From an uncultured candidatus Porisulfidus sp. (lineage in GTDB: Bacteria; Pseudomonadota; Gammaproteobacteria; Poriferisulfidales; Poriferisulfidaceae): a stretch of DNA of 64,000 nucleotides. This document shows positions 57,064 to 64,000 of the stretch, one piece after another. The notes beneath the pieces are model-generated. The model did not search any database, was not told the DNA's origin, and saw nothing but the letters and a program-made list of their open reading frames with translations. Each line of letters starts with the position of its first letter. Within the stretch, counting starts at the first letter, position 1. The translations under genes and the position numbers were made by a program. The DNA lies in the NCBI GenBank assembly GCA_965116525.1, contig OZ220694.1, positions 758,702-822,701 on the forward strand, in the 5' to 3' direction.

Positions 57064-58443
57064 GTGTCCCCACTTTATCTGATCTTCGTACTGCTGGCAT
57101 TGTCGTCGGCAGCCTATTACTTCAGCCAGCGCCGCATGCTGCGGCAGACCCGGGACGCCCACGCCACGCGTCTCAACTCCCTGCCCGAGTATTTTGGGAT
57201 GCTGGGCGCTATTTGGGCTGGCGCCCCCGCCCTGCTGGTGTACTTCGTGTGGCTGGCCTTCGAGGGCGACATCCTCATGGCCCAGGTACTGGAGATGCTG
57301 CCGGATGCGGATTCCATGGCGGCCACCCGGGAGTTGCTGATCGGTGACATCCGCAATGCCATCGAAAACCCTATCAGCTATCGGATAGCCAGCGAGGAAG
57401 TCCGCATGGCGGCGGACCGCTACCGCGAACTGGCTCAGACCGCCACGCTCGCGCTGACCGCGACGTGCCTGTCGGTGTTCGCCGTTTGTTCCGCATTGGC
57501 CCTGAAGTTTATGACTCCCCGCATCCGTGCCCGGGACCAAGTCGAAAAAATCATTCGTGGATTCCTGCTGCTGTGCTCGATGCTGGCCATTTTCATTACC
57601 ATCGGCATCGTGCTTTCGGTGCTGTTCGAGGCCAGCCGATTCTTCCAGACCGTTTCGGTCACAGAGTTCCTGTTCGGACTTGATTGGAGCCCGCAGATGG
57701 CGATCCGCGAGGATCAGGTCGGTTCCAGTGGGGCCTTTGGCGCCGTGCCGCTGTTCGTTGGCACTCTGCTCATCTCGTTCATTGCAATGCTGGTGGCTGC
57801 TCCCGTCGGCCTGATGTCGGCAATTTACCTGTCCGAATATGCTCCGTCCAAGGTTCGAGCCACGGTCAAGCCGCTGCTGGAAATCCTGGCCGGCGTTCCG
57901 ACCGTCGTGTACGGCTTCTTCGCTGCTATCGTGGTCGGTCCGGCATTGCGTGGCTTCGGGCAGTCCGTCGGCCTCGATGTCGCCTCCGAAAGCGCCTTGG
58001 CGGCCGGCTTCGTGATGGGCGTCATGATCATTCCCTTCGTCTCGTCGATTTCCGACGACGTGATCACGGCCGTGCCGCAGGCCATGCGCGACGGTTCGCT
58101 GGCGATGGGGGCCACCCATTCCGAGACCATGCGCCGGGTCATTCTCCCTGCCGCCCTCCCTGGCATCATTGGCGGCCTTCTGCTGGCCATCTCGCGTGCC
58201 ATCGGCGAGACCATGATCGTGGTCATGGCCGCCGGCCTGTCCGCCAACCTGACGGCCAACCCGCTGGAAGCCGTGACCACGGTCACCGTTCAGATCGTCA
58301 CCCTGCTGGTCGGCGACCAGGAATTTGACAGCCCCAAGACGCTGGCCGCGTTCGCCTTGGGCCTGGCTCTGTTCTTCATCACTCTGGTACTCAACTTCAT
58401 CGCCCTCTACGTGGTGCGCAAATACCGGGAACAGTACGAATGA
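57064..58443 (+). CDS. pstC: Phosphate ABC transporter permease PstC (long form with N-terminal extension)
   Basis: Conserved ABC-permease EAA-like loop and PstC blocks (GTLLISFIAMLVAAPVG). Length is 459 aa. Confidence 0.85.
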   Translation: MSPLYLIFVLLALSSAAYYFSQRRMLRQTRDAHATRLNSLPEYFGMLGAIWAGAPALLVYFVWLAFEGDILMAQVLEMLPDADSMAATRELLIGDIRNAIENPISYRIASEEVRMAADRYRELAQTATLALTATCLSVFAVCSALALKFMTPRIRARDQVEKIIRGFLLLCSMLAIFITIGIVLSVLFEASRFFQTVSVTEFLFGLDWSPQMAIREDQVGSSGAFGAVPLFVGTLLISFIAMLVAAPVGLMSAIYLSEYAPSKVRATVKPLLEILAGVPTVVYGFFAAIVVGPALRGFGQSVGLDVASESALAAGFVMGVMIIPFVSSISDDVITAVPQAMRDGSLAMGATHSETMRRVILPAALPGIIGGLLLAISRAIGETMIVVMAAGLSANLTANPLEAVTTVTVQIVTLLVGDQEFDSPKTLAAFALGLALFFITLVLNFIALYVVRKYREQYE

Positions 58444-59714
58444 GCCGCACCGAACAGATCGTCTCCGGGCTGGCCCGGCGACAGCGGGCCGAGAAGCGGT
58501 TCCGACTCTACGGCCTGATTGCCATTGTCCTCGGCATGTCCTTCCTGCTGCTGCTGTTCGGCAGCATCGTCACCAACGGCCACAAAGCGTTCACCCAGAC
58601 CTATATCGAATTGCCGATTTATTTCAACCCCGAAGTCATCGACCCGGGCGGTGAACACGACCCCCAGACCCTGTTTTCGGCCGACTACTGGAAACTGGTG
58701 AAAACCGCCATGTACCAGAAGTTCCCCCAGGTCAGCGGACGGAAAGAACGCCGCGAACTGGCCCGGATGATCAGCGAAGGCTCAGCATATGAACTGCGCG
58801 ATCAGGTCCTGGAGAATCCCGGCCTTATCGGGACTACGCGGTACATCTGGGTGGTGGCCGACGACGACATCGACATGCTGATGAAAGGCTACATCGACCG
58901 GGAGGTGCCGGAAGACGAACGACGCCTGAACGATCGGGTCATCGGCTACGTGGACGACCTGCGCGAGGCTGGCGTCATCGAGCGGCAGTTCAACACCACG
59001 TTCTTCACCGCCGGAGATTCCCGGGAACCGGAACAGGCGGGCATTCTCGGCGCGTTGACGGGGTCGTTCCTGACCCTGATCATCACCTTGCTGCTGTCGT
59101 TTCCGATCGGGGTGGCCGCCGCGATCTACCTGGAAGAGTTCGCACCCCGCAATCGCTTCATCGACCTGATCGAGATCAACATCAACAACCTGGCCGCCGT
59201 GCCCTCGATCATCTTCGGCTTGCTCGGGCTCGCCATCTTCATCAACTGGTTCGGCATGCCCCGCTCCACGGCGATCGTGGGCGGGCTGGTGCTGGCGCTG
59301 ATGACGCTGCCCACGATCATCATTGCCTCGCGCGTCTCCATCCAGGCGGTCCCCCCATCCATCAAGGAAGCCGCGCTCGGCGTCGGCGCTTCGCGCATGC
59401 AGGCGATGTTCCACCACGTGTTGCCCATTGCCATGCCCGGCATGCTGACCGGCACCATCATCGGTATGGCGCGGGCACTCGGCGAAACGGCCCCGCTGCT
59501 AATGATCGGCATGGTGGCTTTCATCGTCGAGCCGCCCAGCGGGTTCACGGACCCGGCCACTGCCCTGCCAGTGCAAATCTTCCTGTGGTCGGACAGCCCC
59601 GAGCGCGGCTTTACCGAGCGCACTTCCGCCGCAATCCTGGTGCTGCTCGCATTTTTGATCGCCATGAACGCCGCTGCCGTCTACCTGCGCGAGAAAGTCA
59701 CCAAGCGATTCTGA
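58440..59714 (+). CDS. pstA: Phosphate ABC transporter permease PstA (long form)
   Basis: Its start overlaps the pstC stop (ATGA). Conserved PstA blocks are present, and it has a large periplasmic N-terminal loop. Confidence 0.85.
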   Translation: MSRTEQIVSGLARRQRAEKRFRLYGLIAIVLGMSFLLLLFGSIVTNGHKAFTQTYIELPIYFNPEVIDPGGEHDPQTLFSADYWKLVKTAMYQKFPQVSGRKERRELARMISEGSAYELRDQVLENPGLIGTTRYIWVVADDDIDMLMKGYIDREVPEDERRLNDRVIGYVDDLREAGVIERQFNTTFFTAGDSREPEQAGILGALTGSFLTLIITLLLSFPIGVAAAIYLEEFAPRNRFIDLIEININNLAAVPSIIFGLLGLAIFINWFGMPRSTAIVGGLVLALMTLPTIIIASRVSIQAVPPSIKEAALGVGASRMQAMFHHVLPIAMPGMLTGTIIGMARALGETAPLLMIGMVAFIVEPPSGFTDPATALPVQIFLWSDSPERGFTERTSAAILVLLAFLIAMNAAAVYLREKVTKRF

Positions 59715-59748
59715 CAGACCCGATTTACCCGGACAAACCACTATAATT

Positions 59749-60615
59749 ATGAACATCACCGAAACCTTGGCCATTCCGATTCCGGAACAATCCGCCCCCT
59801 CTTCCGCAACCGGGTTTGCGGATCTTGATCTGACTACGGTCGGGGATGTCACCGTCCCGGATCCGCGGATGAAACTCCGCGACATCAACGTGTTCTATGG
59901 CAAGAAACAAGCCGTCTTCGATGTCAACCTCGATATCGGATCGAACTCGGTCGTGTCCATGATCGGCCCGTCCGGCTGCGGGAAAACGACGCTGCTGCGC
60001 TGCCTCAACCGGATGAACGACACGATCGACGGCTGCCGGGTCGAAGGCCGGGTCGAAATGGACGGCAAAAACGTCTACGCGCGCAAGGTGGACCCGGTCC
60101 TGCTGCGCGCCCGAGTCGGCATGGTCTTCCAGAAACCCAATCCGTTCCCGAAGTCGATCTTCGACAACGTCGCCTACGGCCCACGCATCCACGGACTGGT
60201 TCGCGACCGCACCGACCTGGAGGAAATCGTCCACACCTCGCTGGAGCGGGCAGGCCTGCTCGACGAGGTCAAGGACCGGCTGGATCAGCCCGGCACCGGG
60301 CTGTCCGGCGGCCAGCAGCAGCGCCTGTGCATCGCGCGCGCCATCGCGGTCAGCCCTGAAGTGATCCTGATGGACGAGCCCTGCTCGGCACTGGATCCGA
60401 TCGCCACCGCCAGGATCGAGGAGTTGATCGGCGAATTGCGGAAGAATTTCTCCATCGTCATCGTCACCCACTCCATGCAGCAGGCCGCACGCGTCTCCCA
60501 ACGGACCGCCTACTTTCATTTGGGTTACCTGGTCGAGGTGGGTCCCACCAAGGACATCTTCACCACGCCGAAGCACCAGTTGACCGAGGAGTACATCACG
60601 GGCCGCTTCGGCTGA
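59749..60615 (+). CDS. pstB: Phosphate ABC transporter ATP-binding protein PstB
   Basis: Walker A (GPSGCGKTT), signature LSGGQQQR, and Walker B (ILMDEP). Confidence 0.9.
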   Translation: MNITETLAIPIPEQSAPSSATGFADLDLTTVGDVTVPDPRMKLRDINVFYGKKQAVFDVNLDIGSNSVVSMIGPSGCGKTTLLRCLNRMNDTIDGCRVEGRVEMDGKNVYARKVDPVLLRARVGMVFQKPNPFPKSIFDNVAYGPRIHGLVRDRTDLEEIVHTSLERAGLLDEVKDRLDQPGTGLSGGQQQRLCIARAIAVSPEVILMDEPCSALDPIATARIEELIGELRKNFSIVIVTHSMQQAARVSQRTAYFHLGYLVEVGPTKDIFTTPKHQLTEEYITGRFG

Positions 60616-60621
60616 TTCCGG

Positions 60622-61920
60622 CTAGCGCCCTTTGCGACTCCCCATAGGGGGCGGAAACACGCAGGTGAAGGTGCTGCCTTTGCCCCATTCACTGTCGATC
60701 TGCAGCCGCGCGCCATGGCGCTGCAGGATGTGCTTCACGATTGCAAGCCCGAGCCCCGTGCCGCCGGTACCGCGCGACCGCGCCTTGTCCACGCGATAGA
60801 AGCGCTCGGCCAGCCGGGCGATGTGATCTTTCTCGATGCCGACCCCCTGGTCGGTGACCGACAGGCGGACCCTGTCGTTTTTGCGTTGCCACCCGATGGT
60901 GACCACGCCCCCGTCCGGCGAGTAGCGCAGCGCATTGCTGACCAGGTTGAATAGTGCGCTGTGCAACTCTTCCGGCCGCCCCCGGACCTGAATCCCGGCC
61001 TCGCCCTCCACCTCGATCGTATGCTGGGCTTCCGAAGTCAGGGTCTGGGCTTCATGCCTTACCTCGCTCGCCAGGTGCGCCAGATCCACGTCCTGCAGGT
61101 CATGGTCGCTCAATTCGCTGGCTTCCAGCCGGGACAATTCCAACAGATCGTCTACCAAGCTGCGCATGCGCTGGCACTGGCGCGACATCTCGCGGATGAC
61201 GGATTGTTCCGGGGGCTTGCCCGCGTGGTCTTCGAAGGTCTCCAGGTAGCCGGTGACCACGGTCAGGGGGCTCTTGATTTCGTGCGATACGTTGGCGACG
61301 AACTCTTGGCGCAACCGGTTCATGCGGATTTCCTGGGTCAGATCACGAAACGTGATCAGCCGGGCATGCCGCCCGAACGTCGAGACCTGTATGCTGACCG
61401 GATGCGAGGCGCCCGCGAATGTCTCCAGATTCAACGGCAGGGCGAAGTCTCCTTCCTGCAGGTACTGCACCAGTTCCGGAATGCGCACCACGTGCACCAG
61501 CAAGCGGCCCTGATCATCTGCCTGCAAGTCCAGCAGGGATTCGGCGGCTTCATTGAACCATTCGATCCGCAATTCCGAGTCCACGGCTACGGCGGCATCC
61601 GGCAAGGCGACCGACAGGGCTTCAAATTTCCGTTGAAGGCGCTCCAGCTCCCGCTTGACCTGGGCCGCCTGATGGCGGCGGTCCGCCAGTTCCGCGGCCC
61701 ACTTGCGCCAGACCGGCGCCAGATTATGCGGGATCGGTGCCTGTGGAAGGCGCTCCCATTTCCGTACCTGATGCCACTGCCGCGCGTGCCACAGGAGAAA
61801 AAGAAGCAACGCCAGACTCAGCCCCAGGCTTGAGGCAGCAAAAGGCAAGCCGATCACTACGCCGATCGCCACCATCAGCGCCAGGCGCGCGACCTCTTGG
61901 GAAAGCGGGGATCCCCACAC
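60622..61920 (-). CDS. phoR: Phosphate regulon sensor histidine kinase PhoR
   Basis: Two N-terminal TM helices, a PAS-like region, the H-box (NVSHEIKSPLT), and a HATPase_c domain. It lies adjacent to phoB. Confidence 0.85.
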   Translation of the reverse strand: MWGSPLSQEVARLALMVAIGVVIGLPFAASSLGLSLALLLFLLWHARQWHQVRKWERLPQAPIPHNLAPVWRKWAAELADRRHQAAQVKRELERLQRKFEALSVALPDAAVAVDSELRIEWFNEAAESLLDLQADDQGRLLVHVVRIPELVQYLQEGDFALPLNLETFAGASHPVSIQVSTFGRHARLITFRDLTQEIRMNRLRQEFVANVSHEIKSPLTVVTGYLETFEDHAGKPPEQSVIREMSRQCQRMRSLVDDLLELSRLEASELSDHDLQDVDLAHLASEVRHEAQTLTSEAQHTIEVEGEAGIQVRGRPEELHSALFNLVSNALRYSPDGGVVTIGWQRKNDRVRLSVTDQGVGIEKDHIARLAERFYRVDKARSRGTGGTGLGLAIVKHILQRHGARLQIDSEWGKGSTFTCVFPPPMGSRKGR

Positions 61921-61928
61921 TCGAGTCG

Positions 61929-62669
61929 TCAGGCGGCCTTAGGCCGCTTGACCCTTTCGGATTTCTTCTTGTTTTTCGTGGGCGGGTCGGTGTGAAACTG
62001 GTAGCCCGCGCTATGGATGGTGCGGATGTGACCGGATGCCTTCTTGCCGAGCGCCTTGCGCAAACGCAGGATATGCACGTCGATGGTCCGCTCCTCGATG
62101 TAGCTGTTCTGTCCCCACACCTGATCCAGCAGCTGGTTGCGGCTGTACACCCGATTGGGGTGCGCCATCAGGAAACGCAGCAGCCGGAATTCCGTCGGTC
62201 CCATTTCCACCTGCTTCTTGCCCACCCACACCTCGTGGCGGATTGAGTCGAGCTGGACGTCCCCGTGCTGCAGGCTGGGGCTCGCGATATGCGGCGCGGA
62301 GCGGCGCAGCAGGGCATTGATGCGGGCTTTCAGTTCGCGCGGCGAGAACGGCTTGGACACGTAGTCGTCCGCTCCGCATTCCAGTCCGCGCACCTTGTCG
62401 GATTCCTCCCCGCGGGCGGTCAGCATGATGATCGGGAGTTCGGCCGTCGGCGCGTCCTTGCGCAGACGCCGGGCCATCTCCAGGCCACTTTGCCCGGGCA
62501 GCATCCAGTCGAGCAGAACCAGGTCCGGCTTATGGTCGGCAATCAGTCCGTAGGCCTGCTGTGCGTCTTCCGCTTCCAGCAGTTCGAAATCGGATTGCCT
62601 AAGGGCGTAACTCACCATCTCGCGGATAGCGGGCTCGTCCTCGACGATGAGGATTTTTGCAACAGGCAT
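61929..62669 (-). CDS. phoB: Phosphate regulon response regulator PhoB
   Basis: Receiver domain (ILIVEDEPAIREM...D) plus OmpR/PhoB winged-helix domain. The start is taken at MPVAKIL. It has a Lys-rich C-terminal tail. Confidence 0.85.
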   Translation of the reverse strand: MPVAKILIVEDEPAIREMVSYALRQSDFELLEAEDAQQAYGLIADHKPDLVLLDWMLPGQSGLEMARRLRKDAPTAELPIIMLTARGEESDKVRGLECGADDYVSKPFSPRELKARINALLRRSAPHIASPSLQHGDVQLDSIRHEVWVGKKQVEMGPTEFRLLRFLMAHPNRVYSRNQLLDQVWGQNSYIEERTIDVHILRLRKALGKKASGHIRTIHSAGYQFHTDPPTKNKKKSERVKRPKAA

Positions 62670-62671
62670 TC

Positions 62672-62725
62672 TTATGCTAGTTTGAGTTACAAATATTACA
62701 GTATTCTGACATTTTGCGGGTGCCA
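62672..62725 (-). promoter_or_regulatory. AT-rich phoB upstream region with Pho-box-like direct repeats
   Basis: In the phoB orientation the sequence reads ...TGTCAGAATACTGTAATATTTGTAAC... This is two or three 7-nt CTGTCAT-like repeats spaced by 4 nt, resembling the Pho box consensus. Confidence 0.3.
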
Positions 62726-62851
62726 AAGCCCCTCCGCCAGCAAAATCAGTGTCAAGACAGCCCGACAAAACGCGCCCGCGCCGGGTTCGGGGCGCCGTGC
62801 TTATAATGTTCCCTAAGTTATTCGACGGTGTACAGCCGCAATGGGGGTTCA

Positions 62852-64000
<1,149 letters not shown>

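Overview
This is a high-GC chromosomal segment from a proteobacterium, most likely a gammaproteobacterium judging by gene content and synteny. It is densely packed with housekeeping genes on both strands. Coordinates follow the supplied ORF track and were adjusted only where an internal start codon was clearly better.

Recognisable core genes include:
- arginine and related metabolism: argA, argD, argF, argS
- haem and cofactor synthesis: hemB, hemF, moaC, bioH, bioC
- tRNA modification and repair: tsaE, tsaC, nnr, queG, xth, mutY
- cell envelope and division: an amiC-type amidase, ampG, dsbB, plsY, an FtsN-like SPOR protein, asmA
- nucleic-acid and central metabolism: topA, pyrE, aroE
- iron uptake: fur, yggX and three TonB-dependent receptors
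- phosphate signalling: an unlinked phoU, pstCAB and phoBR
- one tRNA-Gly(CCC)

Several small accessory insertions sit in this backbone:
1. A hipBA toxin-antitoxin module with an AT-rich, palindromic operator region (1.6-3.2 kb).
2. A three-gene argA / glutamate-cysteine-ligase-like / M14 deacylase operon (3.2-7.0 kb).
3. A co-directional cluster placed directly 3' of tRNA-Gly (40.6-46.8 kb). It is built around a MoxR-like AAA+ ATPase and a VWA protein with a DUF2201 metallopeptidase-like N-terminus. Alongside are a TrpD2/YbiB-like protein, a Sel1-repeat protein, an unknown alpha-helical protein, an alpha/beta hydrolase and a SixA-like phosphatase. This is the best candidate for an undescribed NTPase-based system.
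4. A 3.7-kb insertion between mutY and yggX (52.9-56.6 kb). It carries a GPP34-like protein, two tandem paralogous outer-membrane beta-barrel proteins, a secreted HNH/DUF1524-type nuclease with an Excalibur Ca-binding domain, and a DUF1971 protein.

Two apparent frameshifts interrupt otherwise intact genes: xth, and the sodium:alanine symporter gene at the window end. A short remnant of a wHTH/Fic-like gene follows the large TonB-dependent receptor. No CRISPR array, integrase or IS element was recognised.

All functional calls rest on remembered family signatures, not on database searches.
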